Assembly: GCA_037140715.1 (NCBI GenBank)
Contig: JBAXDX010000003.1
Location: 1 to 60,537, forward strand
Length of the DNA stretch: 60,537 nucleotides
Direction: 5' to 3'
Source: Ignavibacteria bacterium
Lineage (GTDB): Bacteria > Bacteroidota > Ignavibacteria > Ignavibacteriales > SURF-24
The position numbers were made by a program, and so were the translations under genes. The notes under the pieces were generated by a model, which did no database searches, had not been told where the DNA came from, and saw only the letters and a program-made list of their open reading frames with translations. Position 1 is the first letter of the stretch. Every line of letters starts with the position of its first letter. Positions 19,446-30,306 of the stretch are shown one piece after another.

Positions 19446-20204
19446 TTATCCGAAACTCCTGACAAGTGAGGCTATAATTACATTCCATCCATCGATAAGC
19501 ACAAAAAGTAATATCTTAAAGGGAAGTGAGATTAGCATTGGCGGCATCATCATCATACCCATAGACATAAGTATGCTTGAAACTATCATATCAATCATTA
19601 AAAACGGGATAAATAAAAAGAAGCCGATTATAAACCCTGATCTTAGCTCGCTGATAGCAAAAGCAGGAATAAGTATATATGTCTGCAAATCCTGACGGTT
19701 TTTGGGACGCTGCATATTGGCTAGGCTGACAAACAACTCAAGATCAATATCTCGCACATTCTTAAACATAAACTGTCTTATAGGTTCAATCCCCTTATCA
19801 TAAGCAACTTCCATTGTAAGCTTACCTGCAACATAAGGTTTTATCGCATCTTCATTTACTTTGCTCCATGTGGGAGCCATAATAAAAAATGTTATGAACA
19901 GAGCAAGTCCTGCAAGCATTTGACCAGGTGGCATTTGCTGTGTGCCAAGTGCTGTCTTCAAGAAATGGAAGACTATAATCAGTCTGAGATAAGAGGTAGT
20001 CATTATCAATATTGATGGTGCGAGCGAAAGAACAGTAAGTAAAAGTAGTATCTGTAGCGATGTGGAAACATCCTGAGGTGTACTGGCTGAGCCTACGTCA
20101 ATGCCTATTTTGGGAAAGGGTAATGTCTTAGCCTGAGCAAAACTGGTCTCTGAAATAACTAACAACTGAACGAGTAAAACCAGGACAACGAAAAATGCCC
20201 TCAT
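19446..20204 (-). CDS. fliP: Flagellar export protein FliP
   Basis: LSLAPS.LIM.TS, LG.QQ.PP and SLPFKILLFVLIDGW motifs. Confidence 0.96.
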   Translation of the reverse strand: MRAFFVVLVLLVQLLVISETSFAQAKTLPFPKIGIDVGSASTPQDVSTSLQILLLLTVLSLAPSILIMTTSYLRLIIVFHFLKTALGTQQMPPGQMLAGLALFITFFIMAPTWSKVNEDAIKPYVAGKLTMEVAYDKGIEPIRQFMFKNVRDIDLELFVSLANMQRPKNRQDLQTYILIPAFAISELRSGFIIGFFLFIPFLMIDMIVSSILMSMGMMMMPPMLISLPFKILLFVLIDGWNVIIASLVRSFG

Positions 20205-20554
20205 TTCATGCCTAAATTTCTTTTAAAGATTTCAACAAAATTCTCTTTAAAATCGTAACTATTCGCACTTTGTACGGAGATGCTCTCTGCCGGGATAATG
20301 TATTCAAATTCCTGAAGAAGATTTATCGAGTGGTCGCTTACGCCCAGCACTAACACCTTGTCATTCACCTGAACCACCTGGATAAATTTCTTCGGCAATA
20401 TCATCTGTGTACTCAGGATTTTTATTTTTACATAATTTGATTTATTCTTGTCTGAAAGATAGAAATACTTTCTCATCAAATAAAGCGCACCGTACATAAG
20501 TCCAAGTATCAGCCCAAAGAAGAATATTATTTTCAGCATACTCCCTGTATCCAT
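20201..20554 (-). CDS. fliO: Flagellar protein FliO/FliZ
   Basis: Single N-terminal TM, LVLGVSD..I.LL motif, located between fliN and fliP. Confidence 0.85.
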   Translation of the reverse strand: MDTGSMLKIIFFFGLILGLMYGALYLMRKYFYLSDKNKSNYVKIKILSTQMILPKKFIQVVQVNDKVLVLGVSDHSINLLQEFEYIIPAESISVQSANSYDFKENFVEIFKRNLGMK

Positions 20555-20937
20555 TATGATATTCCCTTTAATCTGTCATTTGAATCGATTAGATTGGTTA
20601 TTCTGATACCAAAATGCTTATCAATAACAACAACTTCGCCCTCAGCGATTTTTTTATTGTTGACAAAAATATCAACCGGTTCGCTGGCAAGTTTATCAAG
20701 TTCTATCACATAACCGCGTTCAAGTTCAAGTATATCCTTTATTTGCATCTGTGTTCTGCCAAGTTCAATGTAAACATTAAGCTGAAGATCCTTAAGAAAA
20801 TCCAGCTTATCATTAGGCATCGTATTGCGGTTAGTCGATTCGTCAAATTCAGGAAAATCTGCAACTCCGCCTACAATCTTTTCATCGGACATATTATCAT
20901 CAAAGAAAGCATCATCCAAGTTGTCGTTGTCCGCCAT
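20554..20937 (-). CDS. fliN: Flagellar motor switch protein FliN
   Basis: SpoA domain with ELGRT and GEVVV...FGIRI. Confidence 0.95.
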   Translation of the reverse strand: MADNDNLDDAFFDDNMSDEKIVGGVADFPEFDESTNRNTMPNDKLDFLKDLQLNVYIELGRTQMQIKDILELERGYVIELDKLASEPVDIFVNNKKIAEGEVVVIDKHFGIRITNLIDSNDRLKGIS

Positions 20938-21014
20938 TATTTTACTCCGTTGGAATTTGTTACTAACTGTTTATAAATTTTATTTTCAAATACAGGCGTG
21001 CTAATTCTCGCTGA

Positions 21015-21995
21015 TTATTTATCTTTTGCATCAATCTTGTGCGAGATTTTAACAGCCTTTTGCTTGGATACTATACCAGGCTGTCCCATGAACATTAGCT
21101 TGTTATTTATCCTTATTTTTAATTCATCGCCAATTTTTTTATTTACTTTTATTACATCCCCTTTTTCAAGGTTCATCAGCTCATTAATTGAAATAGTTGT
21201 TGTTCCAAACTCAACTACGAGATTTAATATTGTCTTTTGTAGATGTGAACTTATAATACCTTTGGCTGTTGTTCCGTCATATTTTACCGGTCTGATTGAT
21301 GAAAGCTTCTGGTTTGACATCTTTGATAATATAGCATCAAAGGCAAATGTGGCAAAGCAGAGGTTCATCAGGTATGACTGCTCACCGATGAATAGCTCGA
21401 ATGAGATAAGCAATACGCTTTCGCTCTGGGATGTAATTTGTGCAAAATCGATATCAGGTTCAAAATGCTCAATTATAAATTCATACTCTCCGATTATCTG
21501 CCATGCTTTTCTTAAGTCAACCATTATCTTTTCAACTACAACGTAGAGAACCTTCTGCTCAATAGGAGTAATAAGTTTCGACTGCTTAGTGCCTGTTCCA
21601 TTACCGCCGAGCAACCTGTCTACAAGCGCAAGCGCAAGTTCAGGACTTAATTCAAGAATGCCTCTAATGTCGGTATTCTTTATGTCGAATGTGAATAAAC
21701 ATGCGGGATTTGAAACTGAAAGCACATACTCCGAATAGTAAATCTGATCAACAGAAATAACATTTATGTTGACAATGGACTGAAGCTTTGATAACAAAAA
21801 CGAACTGAGGCTTTCAGAAAAGTTCTCATGAATATTTCTGATAGTTCGGAGCTGGTTCTTGGATATTCTGTTTGGTAATCTAAAGTCAAAAGGAATTGCT
21901 TCTTTATCTTGGATAGCTACAGTAGTCTGTTCGCCACCAGTCTTCATTTTATTAAGAAGCTGGTCTATCTCTTGTTGTGATAATACTTCAGCCAT
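21015..21995 (-). CDS. fliM: Flagellar motor switch protein FliM
   Basis: LSQQEIDQLL CheY-binding peptide, DRLLGG motif, C-terminal SpoA domain. Confidence 0.96.
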   Translation of the reverse strand: MAEVLSQQEIDQLLNKMKTGGEQTTVAIQDKEAIPFDFRLPNRISKNQLRTIRNIHENFSESLSSFLLSKLQSIVNINVISVDQIYYSEYVLSVSNPACLFTFDIKNTDIRGILELSPELALALVDRLLGGNGTGTKQSKLITPIEQKVLYVVVEKIMVDLRKAWQIIGEYEFIIEHFEPDIDFAQITSQSESVLLISFELFIGEQSYLMNLCFATFAFDAILSKMSNQKLSSIRPVKYDGTTAKGIISSHLQKTILNLVVEFGTTTISINELMNLEKGDVIKVNKKIGDELKIRINNKLMFMGQPGIVSKQKAVKISHKIDAKDK

Positions 21996-21998
21996 TGT

Positions 21999-22547
21999 TT
22001 ATTGTATTATGAATTTACTAAAATAAATACTATTGATTTTTATTTTCTGTAGCCTTGTTTTTATGGCACTTTGAATTTCCGCCTTTATTGTATCCCTGTA
22101 CTCAATGCTGTTTAGTTGTTCGAGGTTCTTGCTTGAAAGATGCGATAGCACGATATCTGTAAGTATAATCTTCTTCTCCTCACATGATTTTTTCTCTTCT
22201 TCATTTGGCAAATCAAATCCAACCGCTGCAAGCAACAACCGCTGACCATTCGTGCCAACCGGGTTGACAATGATGTCGCCAAGATCAAAAATAGAGCCTC
22301 CGGCAATTACTTCTTTCTTCTCCACTTCTTCAGCCGATTCTTTTGCAACATTGGGGGCGGGTGCGGTAGTCGCTCCATGTGCCCCCGTCCCTACATTAAG
22401 TTTGCTTAAAAGTATGTTCGCCGTAACAAAATAGACGACAACTAACTGTATGATAAATAATGGTAACCCAATCAAAAAAACTTTGGGATTAATGCCTTTA
22501 TTAACATTCGGTATATCGGAAGTACTTATCTTCTTCTCTGAAGCCAA
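21999..22547 (-). CDS. fliL: Flagellar basal body protein FliL (start revised to TTG at 22547)
   Basis: Single TM, IIVN motif, C-terminal IYFSKFIIQ; AAAGGTG RBS precedes the TTG at 22547, while the longer track ORF would run through the putative promoter. Confidence 0.85.
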   Translation of the reverse strand: MASEKKISTSDIPNVNKGINPKVFLIGLPLFIIQLVVVYFVTANILLSKLNVGTGAHGATTAPAPNVAKESAEEVEKKEVIAGGSIFDLGDIIVNPVGTNGQRLLLAAVGFDLPNEEEKKSCEEKKIILTDIVLSHLSSKNLEQLNSIEYRDTIKAEIQSAIKTRLQKIKINSIYFSKFIIQ

Positions 22548-22574
22548 TGCTATTACACCTTTTTTGAAAAATTG

Positions 22575-22590
22575 TTCAATAGATATGCCA
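22575..22590 (-). promoter_or_regulatory. Putative sigma54 (-24/-12) promoter of the fliL-flhG operon
   Basis: Minus strand TGGCATATCTATTGAA versus consensus TGGCAC-N5-TTGCW: GG-N10-GA spacing, with the predicted start just upstream of the fliL RBS. Confidence 0.6.
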
Positions 22591-22821
22591 TATTTTCTAC
22601 TCTCATTAATTATATTGTTTTCCAAAATAACATCTTTTTGATTGCTCTAAATCTCAATAAAAGTGGTTATTATTAGACACTTGGTCAACATCCCTGTTTA
22701 CTTATTCAATGTCGCATGAGGGTATGAATACCTGATATAATATTTCATTATATGTGGCAACGTGTCCATGCTAAGTCTGCCTACAGAAAGTTAAATTTAT
22801 ACTGGGTTAATATGGAAGATT

Positions 22822-22850
22822 TAATAACAAACCGGGAATTTACTCCCGGC
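22822..22850 (-). terminator. Rho-independent terminator after aconitase
   Basis: CCGGGA-GTAAAT-TCCCGG hairpin followed by TTTGTTATT. Confidence 0.65.
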
Positions 22851-22867
22851 CTATTCATACTATGAAA

Positions 22868-25129
22868 TTATTTTTGAGAAGTGGCAATCAGATTTAAGGC
22901 TCCACCAGCTTTGAACCAATCTATCTGACCAAGGTTAAACGTATGGTTGAGCATAATTTCATCGGTTGAACCATCTTTATGTTTTGCCAAAAGCCTGAGC
23001 TGCTTTTCAGGCATAAGCTCTTTAAGTCCAATGATGCTAAGTCTGTCGTCTTCCTGAATTTTTTCATAGTAAGCGGGATTAGCGAAAGTCAGTGGAAGCA
23101 TCCCCTGTTTTTTAAGATTAGTCTCATGAATGCGGGCAAAACTTTTAACGATTATCGCCTTGCCACCAAGGAATCTTGGTTCCATTGCCGCATGTTCACG
23201 GCTTGAACCTTCGCCATAGTTCTCATCACCAACTACAATCCAGCCGAGACCGCGCACTTTATAATCACGGGCAACTTCTGGAACAGATTTATATTCGCCT
23301 GTAAAAATATTTCTTACTTCACCAATTCTTTCGTTAAATGCGTTAACCGCTCCAATGAACATATTGTTTGAGATATTATCAAGATGCCCTCGGAACCTGA
23401 GCCAGGGACCCGCCATAGAAATATGGTCGGTTGTACACTTACCCTTTGCCTTTAATAGTAGCGGAAGGTCAGCATAATCGCTTCCATCCCAAGGACTGAA
23501 TGGTTCAAGTAACTGTAAGCGCTCGCTCTTTTTATCTACAATTATCTGAACCTTGGACCCATCTTCCGAAGGAGCGACAAAACCAAGGTTGTCGTGGACA
23601 AAGCCACCAGTCGGAAGTTCTTTGCCTACTGGTGGATCGAGTTTTACCTTTTCTCCATTGTTATTAACAAGTTCATCAGTTATTGGGTTAAATGTTAATT
23701 TGCCCGCAATAGCAAGCGCAGTTACAAGTTCAGGGCTTGCAACAAAGGCAAGTGTATTAGCATTGCCGTCATTACGTTTTGCAAAATTTCTGTTGAATGA
23801 TGTAACGATAGTATTCCGCAGACTTTCCTGGTTATCCATTCTTTTCCACATACCAATACAGGGACCGCAAGCATTAGCCATAACCACACCTCCAAAATCG
23901 GTAAGAGTCTGAAGCTGTCCATCGCGCTCAATTGTTGAGCGAACCTGCTCGCTACCCGGAGTAATTATATATTTAGATTTTGCATTAATCCCTTTGGACA
24001 TTGCCTGCCGGGCGATGCTTGCCGCACGGTCAATATCTTCATAGCTCGAATTTGTACAGCTTCCGATAAGTCCTATGCTTATTTCTTCCGGATAATCTTT
24101 TTCTTTTATAACTTCTTTCATCTTTGAAATCGGCCAGGCGAGATCAGGAGTAAACGGACCATTCAGGTAAGGTTCCAGCTCATCAAGATTTATTTCAATT
24201 ATTAAGTCAAAGAACTTATTCGGAGTGCTTAAGACTTCGTCATCGGCGACCAGACAATCAGCTACGCTTTGAGCCAGAGAAGCTACTTCTCCGCGGTCTG
24301 TTGAGCGTAAGTAATCTGCCATTTTTTCATCAAATGGAAATACCGATGTTGTTGCTCCGATTTCAGCGCCCATGTTACAGATTGTAGCTTTACCCGTGCA
24401 AGAGATTGACTTTGTCCCCTCGCCAAAATATTCAACAATAGCGCCTGTGCCACCTTTAACGGTGAGGATGCCGGCAAGCTTTAATATTATATCCTTTGGT
24501 GCCGCCCAGCCGTTTAACTTTCCGGTAAGCTTTACTCCGATAAACTTCGGCCATTTCAATTCCCACGGCATCCCTGCCATTACATCAACAGCATCAGCAC
24601 CGCCAACACCGATAGCAATCATTCCCAGACCGCCTGCATTTGGTGTATGCGAATCTGTTCCTATCATCATTCCGCCAGGAAACGCGTAGTTTTCAAGAAC
24701 CACCTGATGAATGATCCCTGCTCCCGGTTTCCAGAAACCTATGCCATACTTCTTAGCAATGCTCTGAAGGAAATCGAACACTTCCTTGTTATCTTCTTCT
24801 GATCTGTTCAAATCATCTTTCGCACTAATCTTTGCCTGAATCAGGTGATCACAGTGAACGGTGGAAGGAACGTCAACGGTTTTGCGACCGGCGTGCATAA
24901 ACTGAAGCAACGCCATTTGTGCCGTTGCATCCTGCATTGCAACGCGGTCCGGCGCGAGGTCAACATAATCCTTTCCCCTTTGATGTTCTGTGCTGACTGG
25001 ATTCGATAAATGTGAATACAGAATTTTTTCGGTAAGCGTCATTGGTCTGCCAAGAACTTTTCTCGCGACTTCGAGCTTAGAGGCAAGTTCCGAATATACT
25101 TTTTTTATAGTTCCAATATCAGCTGTCAT
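22868..25129 (-). CDS. acnA: Aconitate hydratase (mitochondrial-like type)
   Basis: [41 protein letters not shown] and GSSREHAA motifs. Confidence 0.95.
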   Translation of the reverse strand: MTADIGTIKKVYSELASKLEVARKVLGRPMTLTEKILYSHLSNPVSTEHQRGKDYVDLAPDRVAMQDATAQMALLQFMHAGRKTVDVPSTVHCDHLIQAKISAKDDLNRSEEDNKEVFDFLQSIAKKYGIGFWKPGAGIIHQVVLENYAFPGGMMIGTDSHTPNAGGLGMIAIGVGGADAVDVMAGMPWELKWPKFIGVKLTGKLNGWAAPKDIILKLAGILTVKGGTGAIVEYFGEGTKSISCTGKATICNMGAEIGATTSVFPFDEKMADYLRSTDRGEVASLAQSVADCLVADDEVLSTPNKFFDLIIEINLDELEPYLNGPFTPDLAWPISKMKEVIKEKDYPEEISIGLIGSCTNSSYEDIDRAASIARQAMSKGINAKSKYIITPGSEQVRSTIERDGQLQTLTDFGGVVMANACGPCIGMWKRMDNQESLRNTIVTSFNRNFAKRNDGNANTLAFVASPELVTALAIAGKLTFNPITDELVNNNGEKVKLDPPVGKELPTGGFVHDNLGFVAPSEDGSKVQIIVDKKSERLQLLEPFSPWDGSDYADLPLLLKAKGKCTTDHISMAGPWLRFRGHLDNISNNMFIGAVNAFNERIGEVRNIFTGEYKSVPEVARDYKVRGLGWIVVGDENYGEGSSREHAAMEPRFLGGKAIIVKSFARIHETNLKKQGMLPLTFANPAYYEKIQEDDRLSIIGLKELMPEKQLRLLAKHKDGSTDEIMLNHTFNLGQIDWFKAGGALNLIATSQK

Positions 25130-25222
25130 ATTACCCTCTTAAATTTTTAAAATAATATTAATTGTAAAGTTATAATGTAGAAAATTATTAAACCGGATTG
25201 TAAAAACACCAGAGCATATCAA

Positions 25223-25807
25223 TTACTTTTTAAAAAGCCCGTTCTCAACAAGTTCGCATATAATATGAGCGATGGTTATATGTCCTTCCTGAATGCGCTG
25301 AGTGTTATCCGATGGAATAACAACAGGCAAATCAACCATATCTTTGAGCTTTCCGCCCGAACCACCCAAAAAGCCTATTACGGACAGCCCCCTTGATTTA
25401 GCCTGGTCAACCGCTTTAATAATATTTGGCGAATTGCCGCTTGTGGAAATCGCTATAAGTACATCTCCTGTCTGACCAAGACCTTCGATAAGTCTTGCAA
25501 AGATATTTTCAAAGCCTATATCATTGCCGCCTGCGGTCAGGTTGGATGAATCGGTAGTAAGGGCGATAGCGGGCAGGGCAGGGCGCTGAATGTGGCGGGA
25601 AAGTCTTATCATAAACTCGGCTGCGATATGCTGGCAGTCAGCTGCACTTCCCCCATTGCCACAAAGCAAAAGCTTGTGCCCGGCTTTGTAACTTTCTGTA
25701 ATTATATCTACAGCCTTCAGTATCCCGTTGAAGCAATTATCTTTGATCTTCAGCTTTGTTTCAGAGCTTTCGATAAGAGAATCAATAATAAATTTTTCTT
25801 TATTCAA
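25223..25807 (-). CDS. gmhA: Phosphoheptose isomerase (sedoheptulose-7-phosphate isomerase)
   Basis: CGNGGSAAD.QH, STSGNS.N and RIQE.H motifs. Confidence 0.93.
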   Translation of the reverse strand: MNKEKFIIDSLIESSETKLKIKDNCFNGILKAVDIITESYKAGHKLLLCGNGGSAADCQHIAAEFMIRLSRHIQRPALPAIALTTDSSNLTAGGNDIGFENIFARLIEGLGQTGDVLIAISTSGNSPNIIKAVDQAKSRGLSVIGFLGGSGGKLKDMVDLPVVIPSDNTQRIQEGHITIAHIICELVENGLFKK

Positions 25808-25856
25808 TTTTATCCGCCTGTTTATATGTAGTTGCTGTTATAAATTAAAGTCTTGT

Positions 25857-26609
25857 CTAAAAATTTTTTCTTGTATGAACCGCTTCGGAAAACTCTTTGA
25901 GTAATTCCCATTTAGAATCATCTTCGAAGTAATTCCCGGTTACTACTATTTTAGCTCCGGCTTCCACCTTCTGCCTGGCAGTCGAAGCATCCCTTATTCC
26001 ACCGCCAACGATAACAGGAATATCGAGAGCAGAGGAAACAATTTTTACCATTTCGTCCGGGACTGGAAGCTGAGCACCTGAACCGGCTTCAAGATAAACC
26101 ATCTTCATCCCAAGATATTGCGCGGCAAGTGCCGTAGCCATTGCTATTTCAGGTTTATTCCTTGGAATGGGTTTGCTCCCGCTTATATATTCGGCAGTTG
26201 TTACCTGACCGGATTCAATAAGCATATAGCCTGTAGAAATAGTCTCAATATTATAATTTTTAATTAAGGGAGAAACCATGACGTGTTCACCAATCAGATG
26301 TTCGGCATTGCGCCCGCTTATAAGGGAAATAAAAAGCATAGCATCTGCCTCCGGAGTAACCTGACTGACTGAACCGGGGAATATTATAGCTGGAAGCGCA
26401 GAGCTTTTCTTTATCGTATCTATAGTCCGCGCCAGATTGCCATTTATAATGAGACTGCCACCGACAAGCAGTCCATCTACTCCGCTTACTTCGCATTCCC
26501 TGACAAAATCAACGAGCTTTTGCCCTGAAATTTTATCGGGATCGATAAGGATAAGACAGGCAGCTCCGTTTGTTTTGATCCTTGCATCCAGATAATTGTA
26601 AACTTTCAT
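25857..26609 (-). CDS. Geranylgeranylglyceryl phosphate synthase family protein (group II)
   Basis: LIDPDK, VGGS, FPG, SLISGRN, YLEAGSGA and VGGGI motifs. Confidence 0.9.
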   Translation of the reverse strand: MKVYNYLDARIKTNGAACLILIDPDKISGQKLVDFVRECEVSGVDGLLVGGSLIINGNLARTIDTIKKSSALPAIIFPGSVSQVTPEADAMLFISLISGRNAEHLIGEHVMVSPLIKNYNIETISTGYMLIESGQVTTAEYISGSKPIPRNKPEIAMATALAAQYLGMKMVYLEAGSGAQLPVPDEMVKIVSSALDIPVIVGGGIRDASTARQKVEAGAKIVVTGNYFEDDSKWELLKEFSEAVHTRKNF

Positions 26610-26771
26610 AAATATTTTAATGAATTTTTCAAAATATAATTATTTTTTGAATAAGAGAACAAAGCTGATTATGCTTGCTACCGGGATAAATTAACCTTTT
26701 TTATTTCGGTACCACTAATCATCGCTTCCGAAGAGTATATCAAAAAGCACCGGCACATTATATGAAAAACT

Positions 26772-29700
26772 TCAGGCAGAATCTTTTGAAATAGTAAAAG
26801 AAAATTTTGTGCCCCCGCCCGGAGAACTTTCAGTCTTGATATGTCCCCTATGTTTTTCAATGAATTCCTTACAGATGATTAGCCCGAGTCCCGTGCCTGC
26901 TTCTCCATTTGTTCCCGCAGTTGAAAAAGACTGGTCAATTCTGAAAAGCTTATCCATTATTTCGGGCATAATACCAACTCCATTATCAGCTACGCTCACC
27001 TCAATGGTCTTTTCGAAGACTCTGACATCAATACAAACTTTGCCGTCTGTTCCTGTAAACTTTACAGCGTTTGTCAGCAGATTACGCAATACAGTATCAA
27101 TCATATTTCTATCTGCCATGACGTTAATATCCTCTCTGATATTATTTTGCAGAGTAATATTCTTTAGTCCCGCATTGCCTTTTAACAGTTCAATATTTTG
27201 TGATACCAGAGTGCTAAGACTGAATACCTCCGGATGATATTCAAGCTTGCTCATCTGATGACGCGACCAGAGAAGCAGATTCTCCAATAACGCGCTGGCT
27301 TTCTCCGATGTTACAAGCGCACCTTTAAGCAACACGCTTTTATCCTCGGCCGAAAAGTTTTCTCTTTCATCGAGAAGCAGATGCAACGATGCATTTATGG
27401 AATGGAACGGATTCTTCAGATCATGTGCGATAATCGAGAAGAATTTATCTTTCGTCTGGTTTAGCTGGCTTAATTCTTTTGTGTATTTTTCAATCTGCTC
27501 AAAACTCATTTTGCGTTCTATTACCTGGGCAATCTGACTTGAAATATAATTGAGAAATTTAAGAGTTTCTTCATCATAAGCTTTTTCATTTTCATAATCC
27601 TGAACTACTATTACGCCAATTGTCTTTCCCCCAACCTGCAGAGGAACACCAACCCATATCGCGGAAGGCGTGCCAACGAGTTCTACTTCGCCAGTCTCTG
27701 TCAGTTCGTTAAACTGTTGCTCATTAAGAAGTAAAGACTGACCATGTGTCAGAATGTATTCGGTAAGTCCTTTAACTAATTTTTGCCTTGGAAAATATGA
27801 ATCATATTCATCGACAAAGTAAGGAAAAGATATTTCGTTGCTCTGCTCTTCATAAAGAGCAATAAATAAATTCTTTACAGAAATAAGCGAGTTGATAACT
27901 TCATGAATTCGTTTGTAAAGAGCTTCCATATCAGTAGCCAGATGCGTAGCTTCGGAGATATCAAAGAGTGCCTTTTCGATAAGTTCAGCTTTTTTCCTCT
28001 CGGTTATATCTTTGGAACTGCAGAGAATTGAATAAACTGTTCCCTTTTCATCATGCAGGGGAACGATGGTCGTAATAAAATATCTGTCACCATCAGCCCC
28101 TGGAACGCATACATCGATAGTTTTTGTCTGACCGCTTAAAAATGCCTGTTGTAATACTGCATAACGCATGTCAGCTTCTTTTTTGGGAAATACATCCCAT
28201 ATCTTTTTGCCGATAATATCTTTTACATCTCTACCAATGCCTTTTGCGAAAGCATTATTTACATATTTATAGGTGCCGTCAGACTTGAAATGAAATATCG
28301 GATCAATTGACTCGTCAAGGATGACCCTTAATGTCTGTTCATTTTTTCTCAGTAAATCTGCAGCTTCTTTGCTCAGGGTAATATCCTGAATATGCGTAAC
28401 AAAATACTGAGGTTGTTTCGCCTCATTCCAGATGATAGCCACGGAAACAAAAGCCCATATAATCTGTCCGTCTTTACAGATGTATCGTTTTTCAAATGAA
28501 GAATTTTCAGTATCCCCCGAAATAAGTCTATGAAGAAGCTCAATGCTTGCAGATTTATCTTCTTCATAGGTGATATCAATAAATTCCATACTTGTCAGTT
28601 CATTGGCGGTGTAACCGGTAAACGCGCAAAACATACTATTGACCCGTATGAATTTCCCTTCAAGACTGACAAGGCAAATTCCGGTCGTGGCATTTTCAAA
28701 TGTGGTTCGGAATAGTTTTTCGCTTTCACGCAATGCCTTATTAGCCTTTACGCGGTCTGTTATATCCCGTCCGACTACAACCAGTCCTTGACGCGTGCCG
28801 TCTTCATTAAAGGCAGGCACTTTGATAATATCAAATATTCTACTGTCGCCTTCAGGAGTTGGAATAGTTTCATCGTTCCGGCTTGCACTTCCATGTATCC
28901 AGGCTTTTTCATCTGAATCTTCACCTCTAAGCAAAGTCTCTCTGTAAAAGGGGGAATAATCAGCCAGCTCGCTGTCTTTCTTCCCTTTGTAATCAACGCC
29001 CTCAAGCTGAAAAAGTTTAATATCGAAATCATTCGCGATGAGCAGCCTTCCCTGTCCGTCCTTAAAATATACTATATCGGGCATAGCATTTATAAGAGTC
29101 CTGAGAGCACTTTCGCTTTCTCTAAGAGCGCGGTCCATTCTTTTTCGCTCTGTAATGTCGCGAATGATGCCAAAAACGATATTATTTTCCTTGTCATATT
29201 CAGCCTTGGAATGAATATCAATTATTTCGCCCGTATCGGACTGCTTTATTTTAAACTCAATATTATATGGCACATCGTTCTCAATTAAATTTTTCAGGGC
29301 TTCATTAAGAACAGAACGGTATTCAGGCAGAGGAGTTTCCTGTATCTCGGCTAAACTAAACTGTTCTCCCTGCAACCCGTAGATATTTCCTGCTCCTCTG
29401 GAAGTGGTCATTATGCCGGAATTAATGTGAAGTTCCCAGTTGCCGGTTTTAGCTACAAGTTCAGCACGCCTTAGTCTTGCCTGGCTTTCTGTAAGAGCTT
29501 TTTCCTTTTCCTTTAGATCATGATGAGCTTTATGTAGCTTGAAAGCCATTTTAATGGAAGCAAGAAGAACTGTATTGCCTGAATTTTTGACCACATAGCC
29601 GTAAGAAGTAATCTTTTCAGTTTTATCTACAACTTCTTTTTCGGTGTGGGATGAGTGGAAAAGAACAGGAATATCATGCTTTTTTAATATCATGCTTGCA

Positions 29701-29909
29701 GTCTGTGTGCCATCAATGCCACTACCAAGGTCTATATCCATTAGAATAAGATTAATGGGTACATCCGTATTCTCGACCATACTGACAGCTATTTCGCCCG
29801 TAAGCGCATGGAGAACATTAAAGCCTTCATCTGTCAGCCAGCGCATTTCCATGTATGCGAGTATTGCCTCGTCTTCTACAAGAAGAATCGTTTTAGAAGT
29901 ATGTTCCAT
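26772..29909 (-). CDS. Cytoplasmic hybrid histidine kinase (REC-PAS x4-GAF-HisKA-HATPase)
   Basis: N-terminal receiver LLVEDE...LMDIDLG, repeated RDIT.RK PAC ends, AHDLKNPF H-box, NAVKFT and GTGLGL boxes. Confidence 0.92.
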   Translation of the reverse strand: MEHTSKTILLVEDEAILAYMEMRWLTDEGFNVLHALTGEIAVSMVENTDVPINLILMDIDLGSGIDGTQTASMILKKHDIPVLFHSSHTEKEVVDKTEKITSYGYVVKNSGNTVLLASIKMAFKLHKAHHDLKEKEKALTESQARLRRAELVAKTGNWELHINSGIMTTSRGAGNIYGLQGEQFSLAEIQETPLPEYRSVLNEALKNLIENDVPYNIEFKIKQSDTGEIIDIHSKAEYDKENNIVFGIIRDITERKRMDRALRESESALRTLINAMPDIVYFKDGQGRLLIANDFDIKLFQLEGVDYKGKKDSELADYSPFYRETLLRGEDSDEKAWIHGSASRNDETIPTPEGDSRIFDIIKVPAFNEDGTRQGLVVVGRDITDRVKANKALRESEKLFRTTFENATTGICLVSLEGKFIRVNSMFCAFTGYTANELTSMEFIDITYEEDKSASIELLHRLISGDTENSSFEKRYICKDGQIIWAFVSVAIIWNEAKQPQYFVTHIQDITLSKEAADLLRKNEQTLRVILDESIDPIFHFKSDGTYKYVNNAFAKGIGRDVKDIIGKKIWDVFPKKEADMRYAVLQQAFLSGQTKTIDVCVPGADGDRYFITTIVPLHDEKGTVYSILCSSKDITERKKAELIEKALFDISEATHLATDMEALYKRIHEVINSLISVKNLFIALYEEQSNEISFPYFVDEYDSYFPRQKLVKGLTEYILTHGQSLLLNEQQFNELTETGEVELVGTPSAIWVGVPLQVGGKTIGVIVVQDYENEKAYDEETLKFLNYISSQIAQVIERKMSFEQIEKYTKELSQLNQTKDKFFSIIAHDLKNPFHSINASLHLLLDERENFSAEDKSVLLKGALVTSEKASALLENLLLWSRHQMSKLEYHPEVFSLSTLVSQNIELLKGNAGLKNITLQNNIREDINVMADRNMIDTVLRNLLTNAVKFTGTDGKVCIDVRVFEKTIEVSVADNGVGIMPEIMDKLFRIDQSFSTAGTNGEAGTGLGLIICKEFIEKHRGHIKTESSPGGGTKFSFTISKDSA

Positions 29910-30156
29910 CAGTCACCTTAAAAATAATGCGCAAGATAAAGAATAAAAAATGAATATTCTATCCTGCCGGTTCATTTTTTTTCTAATAAAAGCAATAATG
30001 CTTTTCCATAACCGGGGTGTACGACAAATTTCCCTCTTAATTATACTCATTTTTGCTGTTATATCGGTAAAGTCCCGTTGCTGATATATTTCTGCCCAGG
30101 CTTGTTTCCGAAGCTGACAACCAAAAGAAAAATTTGTCATACGTCCGGTACAGACA

Positions 30157-30225
30157 TGCCAAAGATTTTACCGGGGAAGTGCATTCAGAATTTATAAGTT
30201 ACTTGGCTGACAGCATAAAACCCGT
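30157..30225 (+). repeat. Dispersed ~70-bp repeat (copy 1), probable solo IS end
   Basis: TGCCAAAGATTTTACCGGGGAAGT is identical to 41444-41467, and similarity continues for ~45 bp. Confidence 0.8.
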
Positions 30226-30306
30226 CTTACGTTCCTGTATTCTTAGTGTAATTACCAAAAAGGCTCTTTCACGTCCATAAATGGCTTATTTTATTTCGGG
30301 ACAGGC

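Noticed and set aside
22548-22625. N-terminal extension of FliL in the ORF track
   Set aside because: Overlaps the putative sigma54 promoter; a better RBS precedes the TTG at 22547
29913-30140. 75-aa ORF (and the 102-aa ORF at 30479-30787)
   Set aside because: Made of intergenic repeat DNA; the shared EICRTP text reflects the DNA motif rather than a protein family
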